A stretch of DNA of 46,488 nucleotides from Candidatus Limnocylindrales bacterium (GCA_036393495.1 DASWGY010000230.1:1-46488), one strand, 5' to 3'. Positions 36,341 to 45,767 are shown, numbered from the stretch's first letter. The notes: generated from the letters alone by a model not told the origin. Program-made: numbers and translations.

Positions 36341-39055
36341 ATGACGACAACCACGACCCTCGCCGACGACCCCCGCCGACTCCCGATCGAGATCGTCCTC
36401 CCGATCGAGGGCATGACCTGCGCGTCGTGCGTCAACCGGATCGAGCGCTTCCTGAAGAAGACGCCCGGCGTCGCGGAGGCGTCGGTCAATCTCGCCACGG
36501 AAAAGGCGACCATCCGCCTCGATCCGGTCATCGCCGGTCGCGCGGAGGCGGTGGCGGCCGTCCAGGCCGCCGGCTACGACGTCAAGGCAGAGGTCGTCCC
36601 CGCCGATGGCGTCTCGGGCGCCACGGCGTCGCTCGCCGACGAAGTCTCGGCCGAGGACATCGAGCGGGAGCGAGAGCAGCGCCACACCCTCATCCAGGCC
36701 GGCGTGTCGGTCGCGGCCGCGCTCGTCTTCATGGTCCTCATGTTCACGCCCCAGACGACGATCGCGATGGAGGACCTCAACAAGCTCATCCTGTGGCCGG
36801 CGACGCTCATCCAGTTCTGGGCCGGCGGTCGCTTCTACCGGGCCGCCTGGCGGGCCGGCCGGCACGGCGGGGCGACGATGGACACCCTGGTCGCGGTCGG
36901 GACGTCGGCGGCCTGGGGCTACTCCGTCTTCGTCGCGATGTGGCCCGAGGTGATCCACCTCGCCGGGCTCCATCCCGAGACGTACTTCGATTCGTCGGCC
37001 ATCATCATCGGGCTTATCCTCCTGGGGCGGTGGCTCGAAGCCCGGGCCAAGGGTCGGACAACCGGCGCGATCCGGCGGCTCATCGGCCTCCAGGCGACGA
37101 CGGCCAGGCGGATCCGCGACGGCGTCGAGGAGGACGTCGAGCTTGCCGTGGTCATCGCCGGCGACCTCCTCCGGGTCCGGCCGGGCGACAAGATCCCGGT
37201 CGACGGGGTCGTCGTCGAGGGCGCGTCCGCGGTCGATGAGTCGATGCTCACCGGGGAGCCCATCCCGGTCACGAAGTCGGCCGGCGACGAGGTCATCGGG
37301 GCGACCCTCAACACCTCGGGGTCATTCGTCATGCGCGCCGTCCATGTCGGACGGGACACGGCCCTGGCCCGGATCGTCGACCTGGTCCAGCGGGCCCAGG
37401 GCTCGAAGGCGCCGATCCAGCGCCTCGCCGACCGGATCAGCGAGGTCTTCGTCCCCGTCGTCCTCGTCGTGGCCGGCCTGACCTTCCTTGCCTGGTTCCT
37501 CGCCGGCCCCGAGCCGCGCGTGACCCTGGCCCTGACGGCATTCATCGGCGTCGTGATCATCGCCTGCCCCTGCGCCATGGGGTTGGCCACGCCGACGGCG
37601 ATCATGGTCGGGACCGGGGCGGGCGCCGAGGTTGGCGTCCTCATTCGCGGCGGCGAAGCGCTCGAGGGCGCGGGCCGGGTCGACGCCGTGGTCCTCGACA
37701 AGACGGGCACCCTGACGCTCGGACGGCCGGCGGTTGCGGCCATCATCCCGGCCGGCGGCCTCGATGAGCGCCGCCTTCTCGATCTCGTCGCCTCGCTCGA
37801 GGTCGGGAGCGAGCACCCGCTCGGCGAGGCGATCGTCCGCCACGCCCGCGAACAGGAGCTCGGCTTCCTGGCGGTCGAGGGCTTCGAAGCCGTGGCCGGA
37901 CGCGGGGTCCGCGGCCGGGTCGACGGCCACGAGGTCACGATCGGGAGTGGGCGCCTGGTCGGGGAGCTCGGGATCGATACCGCAGCATTGCGTGAGCGGG
38001 CCGAATCCGCCGCCTCCGACGGTGCCACCGTCTCGTGGGTCGCGGTCGATGGCGCCCTCGCCGGTCTGGTCGCGATCGCCGATCCGGTGAAGGCCGAATC
38101 GGCCGAGGCCATCCGCGAGCTCCGGGCGATCGGCCTCGAGGTCTGGCTCCTGACCGGAGACTCTCGCCTGACCGCGGAGTCCGTCGCCCGCCAGGTCGGG
38201 ATCCCGTCCGACCACGTGATCGCCGAGGTCCTGCCGGAGGACAAGGACGACGTGGTCGCGCGCCTCCAGGCGGAAGGCCGGAAGGTGGCGATGGTCGGCG
38301 ACGGCATCAACGATGCACCGGCCCTGGCGCGGGCCGACCTCGGGGTGGCCATCGGGACCGGCGCGGACGTCGCCATCGAGGCGTCGGACGTGACCCTCGT
38401 GGGTGGCGACCCGCGGCTCGTCGCCTCGGCGATCGGGCTCTCGAGGGCCACCATCCGGGTAGTCCGCCAGAACCTGTTCTGGGCCTTCGCCTACAACGTC
38501 CTCCTGATCCCGGTTGCGATGGGCGCGCTCTATCCCGCGCTCGGGATCACCCTCAGCCCGGCCCTCGCCGCCGGGGCCATGGCGATGTCGTCCGTATCGG
38601 TCGTGACGAACTCGCTCCGGCTCCGCTCGGTCGACGTCCGGCCCGGCCAGGTCCGGCCGCTTCGGCGCGGGCCACTGGGCCTCGTCCGCGACGCCGCGTT
38701 CCTGGTCGGCGTCGCCGCCCTCGGCCTGGCGATGGCCGCCGGGGTCTACGCGGCCGACCGGGCCATCGATGGCGCGAGCCAGAGCGTCCCGGTCACGGCC
38801 GAGGGCTTCCGGTTCTCGCCGGCCGAGGTCACCGTCCAGGCCGGCCGCTGGGTCGTGGTCGAGTTCACGAACGACGACGAGGTCGTCCACGACTGGATGG
38901 TCGAGGGCATTCCCAACGTCGACATCGCGGCCCGGCCGGGTCAGACCGCCCGCCTCCGCTTCGTCCTCGACGAGCCCGGCGAGTACATGATCATGTGCTC
39001 GATCCCCGGCCACGCCGAGGCCGGAATGGTCGGGCTCCTGACGGTCGAGCCCTAG
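36341..39055 (+). CDS. copA: copper-translocating P1B-1 ATPase with an extra C-terminal TM helix and a fused cupredoxin-like domain
   Basis: 904 aa with [22 protein letters not shown] ([13 protein letters not shown]), [23 protein letters not shown], and the TM7/8 motifs YN....P and MAMSSVSV. The tail has [21 protein letters not shown] (TM helix), then [10 protein letters not shown]...HDWMVE...[14 protein letters not shown]. Confidence 0.93.
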   Translation: MTTTTTLADDPRRLPIEIVLPIEGMTCASCVNRIERFLKKTPGVAEASVNLATEKATIRLDPVIAGRAEAVAAVQAAGYDVKAEVVPADGVSGATASLADEVSAEDIEREREQRHTLIQAGVSVAAALVFMVLMFTPQTTIAMEDLNKLILWPATLIQFWAGGRFYRAAWRAGRHGGATMDTLVAVGTSAAWGYSVFVAMWPEVIHLAGLHPETYFDSSAIIIGLILLGRWLEARAKGRTTGAIRRLIGLQATTARRIRDGVEEDVELAVVIAGDLLRVRPGDKIPVDGVVVEGASAVDESMLTGEPIPVTKSAGDEVIGATLNTSGSFVMRAVHVGRDTALARIVDLVQRAQGSKAPIQRLADRISEVFVPVVLVVAGLTFLAWFLAGPEPRVTLALTAFIGVVIIACPCAMGLATPTAIMVGTGAGAEVGVLIRGGEALEGAGRVDAVVLDKTGTLTLGRPAVAAIIPAGGLDERRLLDLVASLEVGSEHPLGEAIVRHAREQELGFLAVEGFEAVAGRGVRGRVDGHEVTIGSGRLVGELGIDTAALRERAESAASDGATVSWVAVDGALAGLVAIADPVKAESAEAIRELRAIGLEVWLLTGDSRLTAESVARQVGIPSDHVIAEVLPEDKDDVVARLQAEGRKVAMVGDGINDAPALARADLGVAIGTGADVAIEASDVTLVGGDPRLVASAIGLSRATIRVVRQNLFWAFAYNVLLIPVAMGALYPALGITLSPALAAGAMAMSSVSVVTNSLRLRSVDVRPGQVRPLRRGPLGLVRDAAFLVGVAALGLAMAAGVYAADRAIDGASQSVPVTAEGFRFSPAEVTVQAGRWVVVEFTNDDEVVHDWMVEGIPNVDIAARPGQTARLRFVLDEPGEYMIMCSIPGHAEAGMVGLLTVEP

Positions 39056-39353
39056 AAGCTCAGGGCGCCCCGGCGCGGCCCGCCCCGACGCGGGGCGAGG
39101 AGCGGGCGGCGGCGAAGCGTTCCTGCCCGCTCAGCGGGTCATCTGTCGCCCCGAGCCGGCAACCTGGCCGCCCGGCGGGCAGGACCACGCCGCTCATGGT
39201 CCCTCGCCCCGATTTGGCCCGTCGGGCGGGTGGTCTGCCGGGTGGCGTGGCTGAATGACCCGCCCCGCGGGTGGTTGGACTCACGGGCGCTGGGAGGGCG
39301 CGGGTCCTGCGAGGCGCGGGTGCTGCGAGGGCGCGGAGCCAGGGCCAGAGTCA

Positions 39354-39551
39354 TCAGCCGGAAAGCCGGCCCGTCTCGGCGAGGTGGCGGAGGAAGCGGA
39401 GCCGTGCGATCTCCCGAAGGCTCCAGCCGGCCGGCACCGGCCGCAGCCCGACCGACACGCCGAGCAGATTTGTCGCCTCGGCCGGCGTGCAGCCCGCCCG
39501 GAGCAGGGCCGTGATCGCCGCTCGGTCCGCCTGACTCGTTCCCGTCGTCAT
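39354..39551 (-). CDS. small hypothetical protein (65 aa), possibly HTH-like
   Basis: ATG preceded by AAGGAGGG. The product is MTTGTSQADRAAITALLRAGCTPAEATNLLGV.... I recognise no family. Confidence 0.4.
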   Translation of the reverse strand: MTTGTSQADRAAITALLRAGCTPAEATNLLGVSVGLRPVPAGWSLREIARLRFLRHLAETGRLSG

Positions 39552-39642
39552 CGCTCGTCCCTCCTTGATGGTCGAGACGAACGTCGGCCTAAGGCGGGCG
39601 GGTTGGGATTGGGACGGGTCCGCGAAGTTGAGGGTTGGCGCC

Positions 39643-40275
39643 TTAGCCGGTCGCGGAGGCCTCGGGGCGGGTGTCGACGCGGGCCGGGTGGGCGGCGTCC
39701 CAGGCCTCGATGTCGGGCAGCTTCGCGATGAGGTAGCCGAGCTCGTCGGTGCCGCGCAGGAGCATGAGCTTGGCGAAGGTGTCGACGTCGAACTCGATCG
39801 TCGCTCCGTCCGGCAGGAGGATGCCCTGCTCGGCGAGATCGATCGTCAGCTCGGCATCGGGGTCGTCGTCGAGGAGCCCGAAGAGATGGGCGTGGGTCTC
39901 GGGGTCGACGCTGATCGGGAGGACGCCGTTCTTCAAGGCGTTGCTCCGGAAGATGTCGGCAAAGCCGGTCGAGATGACCGCCCGAAAGCCCCACGCGGCG
40001 AGGGCCCACGGCGCGTGCTCGCGGGACGAGCCGGTCCCGAAGTTGGCGCCCGCCAGCAGGATGTTGCGGCCGGCCATCCCGGGCCGGTCGAGGACGAACA
40101 GCGGCTCCTTGAAGCAGCCCTGCTCGTCGAACCGCCAGTCGCGGAACAGGACCTCGGCCAGGCCGGCCTTGTCGGTGATCTTCAGGTAGCGGGCCGGCAC
40201 GATCTGATCGGTGTCGACGTTCTCGGCCGGCAGCGGCACGACCTTCGAGCTGAAGCTTCGATACGGCTCGGGCAC
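39643..40275 (-). CDS. leuD: 3-isopropylmalate dehydratase small subunit
   Basis: Start trimmed to the GTG at 40275, 2 nt after the leuC stop. It has PLPAENVDTDQIVPARYLK...LLAGANFGTGSSREHAPWAL. Confidence 0.93.
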   Translation of the reverse strand: MPEPYRSFSSKVVPLPAENVDTDQIVPARYLKITDKAGLAEVLFRDWRFDEQGCFKEPLFVLDRPGMAGRNILLAGANFGTGSSREHAPWALAAWGFRAVISTGFADIFRSNALKNGVLPISVDPETHAHLFGLLDDDPDAELTIDLAEQGILLPDGATIEFDVDTFAKLMLLRGTDELGYLIAKLPDIEAWDAAHPARVDTRPEASATG

Positions 40276-40277
40276 GG

Positions 40278-41720
40278 CTAGCGGCCCCCGATCCCGGCGA
40301 CGGCCTCGATGCCGGGGAGCCGTCGCGGGTCGGCCACGGCCCCGGCGACGGCCGAGGCGGCGGCGGTCAGCGGCGAGGCGAGGAAGGTCCGGCCGCCCTT
40401 GCCCTGGCGGCCCTCGAAGTTGCGGTTGCTCGTCGAGACGGCGTACTGGCCGGGCGAGAGCTGGTCGCCGTTCATGGCGATGCACATCGAGCAGCCGGCC
40501 TCGCGCCACTCGGCGCCGGCGGCCCGGAAGACCTCGTGCAGCCCCTCCCGCTCGGCCTCGCGCTTCACCTCGTCCGAGCCGGGCACGACCATCATCCGGA
40601 CATTGCTCGCGACGTGGCGGCCCTGGAGCGCGGCGGCGGCGAGCCGGAGGTCGCTGATCCGGCCGTTGGTGCAGCTGCCGATGAAGACGACGTCGACCGG
40701 CTGGCCGAGGATCGGCTGGCCCGGGGTCAGGTCCATGTAGGCGAGGGCGTGCTCGAGGGCCCGGCGGGCGGACGGGTCCGGGGCCGCTGCCGGGTCCGGG
40801 ACGCTAGCCGTGATCGGGATGCCCATGCCCGGGTTCGTGCCATAGGTGACCATCGGCTCGAGGGCCGAGGCGTCGATGACGATCGAGCGGTCGAAGGACG
40901 CCTCGTCGTCGGTCGGCAGCTGGCGCCAGGAATCGACCGCCAGGTCCCAGGCCGCGCCCCGCGGCGCGTGCGCGCGCCCCTGCAGATACTCGAAGGTCGT
41001 GTCATCAGGGGCGATGAGGCCGGCTCGGGCGCCGCCCTCGATGCTCATGTTGCAGATCGTCATCCGCTGTTCCATCGTCAGGGCCCGGATGGCCCCGCCG
41101 CGGTACTCGAAGACGTGGCCGGTGCCGCCGCCGACGCCGATCCGGGCGATCAGGGCCAGAATGATGTCCTTGGCGCTCACGCCCGGGACCAGCGACCCGT
41201 CGACCCGGACCTCGTACGTCTTCGGCTTGCGCTGGAGCAGCGTCTGGGTGGCGAGGACCATCTCGACCTCGCTGGTCCCGATCCCGAACGCCAATGCCCC
41301 GAACGCCCCGTGCGTGCTCGTGTGGCTGTCGCCGCAGACGATCGTCATCCCCGGCTGGGTCAGGCCAAGCTGCGGCCCGATGACATGAACGATGCCCTGG
41401 CCGGGATCGCCGAGGCCGTGCAGCGGGATGCCGAACTCGCGGCAGTTCGTCTCGAGCTGCTGGACCTGGGCGGCGGCCATCGAGTCGAGGAAGGGCAGTC
41501 CCCGAGGCGTCGTCGGCACGGAGTGGTCGGCCGTGGCAACCGTGCGCTCCGGGTGTCGCACCTTGAGCCCTCGCTCGCGGAGGCCGGTGAACGCCTGCGG
41601 GCTGGTGACCTCGTGGACGAGGTGGAGGTCGACCGCCAGGACGCTCGGCGCGCCCCCGTCCTCCGCGACGACGTGGTCGTCCCAGATCTTCTCGACGAGC
41701 GTGCGAGGCCGATGCTCCAT
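40278..41720 (-). CDS. leuC: 3-isopropylmalate dehydratase large subunit
   Basis: 480 aa with [12 protein letters not shown]...[14 protein letters not shown]...CGDSHT...GSCTNGR...[10 protein letters not shown]. Confidence 0.95.
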   Translation of the reverse strand: MEHRPRTLVEKIWDDHVVAEDGGAPSVLAVDLHLVHEVTSPQAFTGLRERGLKVRHPERTVATADHSVPTTPRGLPFLDSMAAAQVQQLETNCREFGIPLHGLGDPGQGIVHVIGPQLGLTQPGMTIVCGDSHTSTHGAFGALAFGIGTSEVEMVLATQTLLQRKPKTYEVRVDGSLVPGVSAKDIILALIARIGVGGGTGHVFEYRGGAIRALTMEQRMTICNMSIEGGARAGLIAPDDTTFEYLQGRAHAPRGAAWDLAVDSWRQLPTDDEASFDRSIVIDASALEPMVTYGTNPGMGIPITASVPDPAAAPDPSARRALEHALAYMDLTPGQPILGQPVDVVFIGSCTNGRISDLRLAAAALQGRHVASNVRMMVVPGSDEVKREAEREGLHEVFRAAGAEWREAGCSMCIAMNGDQLSPGQYAVSTSNRNFEGRQGKGGRTFLASPLTAAASAVAGAVADPRRLPGIEAVAGIGGR

Positions 41721-41874
41721 GGGGCCGACAGGCTAGCACGCGTGCCGGAAGTGCCCTCTGGCAGGCCCGGAGGTCAAGCCGACGCGCCCGGAAACGATGC
41801 CGTCGCGCAGGGAATCGAGGCCGGCACGCCCTCGAAACGAAGCCGGCGCGCCCTCGACCGGTACTTTTGGGGTG

Positions 41875-41888
41875 GTGCCACGTGGCAC
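41875..41888. promoter_or_regulatory. perfect 14-bp palindrome GTGCCACGTGGCAC in the divergent leuC / GGDEF-EAL intergenic region
   Basis: Read directly from the sequence. It lies 52 nt upstream of the GTG at 41940 and 155 nt upstream of the leuC start. Confidence 0.4.
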
Positions 41889-41939
41889 TTGAGGAGGTAC
41901 AAGAGGCGCAGCGTCAAATCAGGTCTCGGAGGAGGGAGC

Positions 41940-44591
41940 GTGCCGTCCCGGTTTCGGGTGACATCGGGCCGCAGGTCCGCCCCAGCGTTCAGCGTCCCGC
42001 ACGGTGGAGAGATCGCCGCCGCCGCGGGTCGCGTGCGGGGCGTCTCGATCCGACCGGCGGTCCGTGTCTGGACCCAGACCGTCGTGCTCGCTGCCGCGGC
42101 CGCGGCGATCTACCTGACGGCCCTCCGGGATCTTGCCGCGCCACAGCAGTCGTGGGTCTCGTGGCCCATGCTTGCCGCCGCCTTCGCGATCGCCGAGCTC
42201 AAGGTCGTCGAGGTCCACTTCCGGCGGGAGACGCACTCGTTCTCGCTGAGCGAGTTTCCGGCGGTCATCGGCTTCTTCTCGCTCGCCCCGGCTGACTACC
42301 TGCTGGCCGTGCTCGTCGGCTCGAGCGCGGCGCTCATCCTCCAGCCCCGCCAGCGCCTCATCAAGACCGCGTTCAACCTGGCGAACTTCATGTTCGTGGC
42401 CTCGCTGTCTCTGCTGATCGTGCGGTCGTTCGCCAGCATGGCCGCGACGCCGACGCCCGGCGACTGGCTCGCCGCCTTCGCCGCGACCCTCGCGGCGACC
42501 GTCGTGAGCGCCATGTCGATCGCCCTCGTCATCACGATGTCAGGGGGTGCGCCGCAGTTCGAGAAGCTGCCGGAGATGATCCGCTTCGGGAGCATGGTCG
42601 CCGTCGCCAACACCAGTCTGGCCCTCCTGGCGGTGGCGGTCATCCAGCGCGACCCGGCCCTCCTGTGGCTCCTCGTCCTGCCCCTCGTCATCGTCTTCCT
42701 GGCCTATCGCGCCTACCTCTCGGAGCGGGAGAAGCACGAGCGCCTGGAGCTGCTGTACCAGTCGTCCCGCATCCTCCAGCACTCCCCGGAGCTCGACTCC
42801 TCGCTCGTGGCCCTCCTTGGGCACGCCCGGGCGATGTTCCGGGCCGAGCTGGCCGAGGTCGTGCTCTATCCCCGGGACCTCGATGCGGAGGCGCTTCGGA
42901 CGAGCTCCTGGCATGACGGCGAGCCCGAGGTCATGGTCCCGGTGGCCGATTTCGGCGGGAACCCCTTTGCCGCGAGGGTTCGCGACGCCGCCGGGCCGTT
43001 CTTCTTCGAACCAATCGACGAGCCGCGGATCCGGCAGGCGATCGCCGCCCCGCTCCGGGGCGAGGTCGAGCTCATCGGGTCGCTGCTCATCGCCAACCGG
43101 CTGACCGAGGGGACGACCTTCAGCGACGATGACCTGCGCCTCCTCGAGACGCTCGCCAACCAGGTCGCGGTGGCCCTCGAGAACGGGCACCTGGAGCGGT
43201 CCCTGGCCGAGCTCTCCAAGTTGAAGGAACAGCTTCGCTACCAGGCCTACCACGACCCGCTCACCGGGCTGGCCAATCGGAGCCTGTTCGTGGAGCGGGT
43301 CGACGAGCGTCTCGAGACGACCTCCGGCGAGCGGATGCCGGTCGTGGTGTTCCTCGACCTCGACGACTTCAAGATCGTCAACGACACGCTCGGCCATGCC
43401 GCGGGCGACCGCCTCCTCATCGAGGTCGCGGAGCGGGTCCGGAGCGTCCTCCGAGACGAGGACCTGGCGGCAAGACTCGGTGGTGACGAGTTCGCGGTCC
43501 TGCTCGAGGACGGCCCCGACCTGGCGACCGGCATGGCCGTCGCCGAGCGGGTCGTCAGCTCCCTCCGGGTCGCGTTCCTGATCGCCGAGACGGAGGTCCA
43601 GGTCAGCGGCAGCGTCGGCGTCGCCGCCGCCCGGCTCGGGACCGAGCGGGCCGACGAGCTCCTCCGCAACGCCGACCTCGCGATGTACACGGCGAAGTCG
43701 AAGGGCAAGAACCGGATCGCCATCTTCGAGCCGACGATGCACGCCGCGATCGTCGCCCGCCATGAGCTGAGCGCCGAGCTCTCGCGGAGCCTCGGGCGCG
43801 GTGAGCTGGCCCTGCTCTACCAGCCGATCATCGACCTCCGGACCGGGAGCGCGATCGGCGCCGAGGCGCTCGTCCGGTGGCGTCACCCGACACGCGGATT
43901 GCTCGGCCCCAGCGAGTTCATCCCGCTGGCCGAGGAGACGGGCCTCATCGTCGCCCTCGGAGGCTGGGTGCTCGAGGAGGCCTGCCGCCAGGGGGCGGAG
44001 TGGTCGGCGCCAAACTCGCTCGGTCGACCCCTGACCGTGACCGTCAACCTCGCCGCCCAGCAGCTTCAGGAGGCCGACTTCGTCAAGGACCTCACGGCGG
44101 TTCTCGAGGCCACGGGCCTCCCTCCGGAGCAGCTGGTCCTGGAGATGACCGAGACGATCATCTTCCACGACACGATCGGCACGATCGCCCGCCTCGAGGC
44201 GATCCGGGCCCTCGGCGTGCGCATCGCCATCGACGACTTCGGGACCGGGTATTCATCGCTCGGCTACCTCCGCCGGTTCCAGGTGGACATCCTGAAGATC
44301 GCCCAGGAGTTCATCGGTCAGACGGACAGCCCCGAGGAGTGGCCGTTCGCCGCGGCGATCGTCGCCCTCGGACGGGCGCTCGGGATGACCATCGTCGCCG
44401 AGGGCGTGGAGGAGCCGGGCCAGCTTGCCCACCTCCGAGGATTGGGCTGCGAGCTGGGGCAGGGCTATCTGTTCGCGCCGCCCCTCCCCGCCGAGGAGGC
44501 CCGCCGCTACCTCCAGGAAAAGGCGCCGACCCGCGCGGGATCGGCGCGACGCGTCCCGACCGCCGGCCTGCTCGCGCCGGATGGCGCCTGA
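41940..44591 (+). CDS. membrane-anchored GAF-GGDEF-EAL protein (diguanylate cyclase/phosphodiesterase)
   Basis: I trimmed the 1351-aa track ORF to the GTG at 41940 after GGAGGAGGGAG. It has about 8 TM helices and a GAF-like region. The I-site RDED lies 5 aa before GGDEF. It also has EALVRW, DDFGTGYSSL and EGVE. Confidence 0.9.
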   Translation: MPSRFRVTSGRRSAPAFSVPHGGEIAAAAGRVRGVSIRPAVRVWTQTVVLAAAAAAIYLTALRDLAAPQQSWVSWPMLAAAFAIAELKVVEVHFRRETHSFSLSEFPAVIGFFSLAPADYLLAVLVGSSAALILQPRQRLIKTAFNLANFMFVASLSLLIVRSFASMAATPTPGDWLAAFAATLAATVVSAMSIALVITMSGGAPQFEKLPEMIRFGSMVAVANTSLALLAVAVIQRDPALLWLLVLPLVIVFLAYRAYLSEREKHERLELLYQSSRILQHSPELDSSLVALLGHARAMFRAELAEVVLYPRDLDAEALRTSSWHDGEPEVMVPVADFGGNPFAARVRDAAGPFFFEPIDEPRIRQAIAAPLRGEVELIGSLLIANRLTEGTTFSDDDLRLLETLANQVAVALENGHLERSLAELSKLKEQLRYQAYHDPLTGLANRSLFVERVDERLETTSGERMPVVVFLDLDDFKIVNDTLGHAAGDRLLIEVAERVRSVLRDEDLAARLGGDEFAVLLEDGPDLATGMAVAERVVSSLRVAFLIAETEVQVSGSVGVAAARLGTERADELLRNADLAMYTAKSKGKNRIAIFEPTMHAAIVARHELSAELSRSLGRGELALLYQPIIDLRTGSAIGAEALVRWRHPTRGLLGPSEFIPLAEETGLIVALGGWVLEEACRQGAEWSAPNSLGRPLTVTVNLAAQQLQEADFVKDLTAVLEATGLPPEQLVLEMTETIIFHDTIGTIARLEAIRALGVRIAIDDFGTGYSSLGYLRRFQVDILKIAQEFIGQTDSPEEWPFAAAIVALGRALGMTIVAEGVEEPGQLAHLRGLGCELGQGYLFAPPLPAEEARRYLQEKAPTRAGSARRVPTAGLLAPDGA

Positions 44592-44612
44592 GCACCAGCC
44601 CGGGAGCCTGCC

Positions 44613-45158
<546 letters not shown>

Positions 45159-45249
45159 CAACTCCCCCGAACATCCGGGCCGGCCAGTACCCATGGGCTA
45201 TGGCCGCGGCCACTCCAAGGTCCTAGGGTCGTCCCACGAGACGACGTCC

Positions 45250-45360
45250 GTCTCCAACGCACCGGGATCGTCCAGGGCAAACCCGTCGTGAGGCGGGGAC
45301 GCAAAGCCAGGGATCTCCAACGCGGAGACCGCCCGGCCGCCGAGATCGGGGCGATGGCAT
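45250..45360 (+). promoter_or_regulatory. c-di-GMP-I (GEMM-I) riboswitch aptamer
   Basis: 45273-45308 reads CAGGGCAAACC-CGTC-GTGA-GGCG-GGGACGCAAAGCC. Both conserved cores are present, separated by a 4-bp stem with a GNRA tetraloop at the same 12-nt spacing as the V. cholerae Vc2 aptamer. A P3-like hairpin has a TCTCC/GGAGA core at 45314-45328. Closing pairing is ATCGTC (45267-45272) with GGCGAT (45350-45355). Confidence 0.8.
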
Positions 45361-45381
45361 CCCGTCAGGGAAGGAGAACCC

Positions 45382-45471
45382 GTGAAGGCGAACCTGGCGC
45401 GCTTCACCTGGGCCATCATGCTGCTCGGCTCGATGGCTCTCACCGTTGGCGCAGGACTGCGCTGGTACTAG
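45382..45471 (+). CDS. candidate micro-ORF 1: 29-aa single-pass hydrophobic peptide
   Basis: The GTG lies 5 nt after GGGAAGGAGA. The product is VKANLARFTWAIMLLGSMALTVGAGLRWY. It was too short for the ORF track. Confidence 0.35.
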   Translation: MKANLARFTWAIMLLGSMALTVGAGLRWY

Positions 45472-45473
45472 CC

Positions 45474-45572
45474 GTGGATAAGCTCACGGCTATCCGCCTT
45501 CCTGTCTGCGTCGATCCCACGGCCATCGCGAGCCCGCCGATCGATCTCGATTCCGGGCACCGCTGGCGGTAA
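45474..45572 (+). CDS. candidate micro-ORF 2: 32-aa peptide starting 2 nt after the micro-ORF 1 stop
   Basis: GTG at 45474. The product is VDKLTAIRLPVCVDPTAIASPPIDLDSGHRWR. GC3 is about 79%. It is the 3' part of the track ORF 45288-45572. Confidence 0.2.
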   Translation: MDKLTAIRLPVCVDPTAIASPPIDLDSGHRWR

Positions 45573-45601
45573 GAGCAGTCGAGCTGCTCACGCAGTTGGA
45601 G

Positions 45602-45634
45602 CGACCGCCGGTCATCCGGCGGTCGTTCTGTCTT
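45602..45634 (+). terminator. intrinsic terminator
   Basis: CGACCGCCGG-tcat-CCGGCGGTCG, a perfect 10-bp stem, followed by TTCTGTCTT. Confidence 0.7.
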
Positions 45635-45708
45635 GGGGGCCGGGTCGGGGACCGGGTTTGGGGCCGGGTTGGGGGCCCGGGTTTGGGGGCCTGGTCTGGG
45701 GCCCGGCC
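45635..45708 (+). repeat. about six degenerate 12-13-nt tandem repeats (GGGGCCGGGTTT-like), strongly G-rich on the + strand
   Basis: The sequence gggggccgggtc ggggaccgggtt tggggccgggtt gggggcccgggtt tgggggcctggtc tggggcccggcc is read directly from the window. Confidence 0.65.
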
Positions 45709-45767
45709 TCACCGGTACCTCCGGCGTGGTTGCGCATCGAACGATGGCACCGTAGACTGCGCGGACC

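Noticed and set aside
41869-41900. T-box-like string GGGGTGGTGCCACG, resembling the AGGGUGGUACCGCG T-box core
   Set aside because: No upstream Stem I, specifier loop or AG-bulge elements fit into the 219-nt intergenic region. The downstream gene is not an aminoacyl-tRNA synthetase or amino-acid gene. The resemblance comes from the palindrome.
40536-41939. N-terminal 468 codons of the 1351-aa ORF that ends as the GGDEF-EAL protein
   Set aside because: This part is antisense to leuC and is R/G/D/E-rich. The recognisable protein begins at the GTG at 41940, which has a strong GGAGGAGGGAG ribosome-binding site.
45318-45336. B12-box-like GGAGACCGCC, suggesting a cobalamin riboswitch
   Set aside because: The other cobalamin-riboswitch cores (GCCACUG, GGUG..AA.CC) are absent. 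The segment is better explained as the 3' arm of P3 of the c-di-GMP-I aptamer.
45198-45443. 81-aa minus-strand ORF
   Set aside because: It lies exactly antisense to the GEMM-I aptamer and micro-ORF 1. It has no RBS and no family resemblance.
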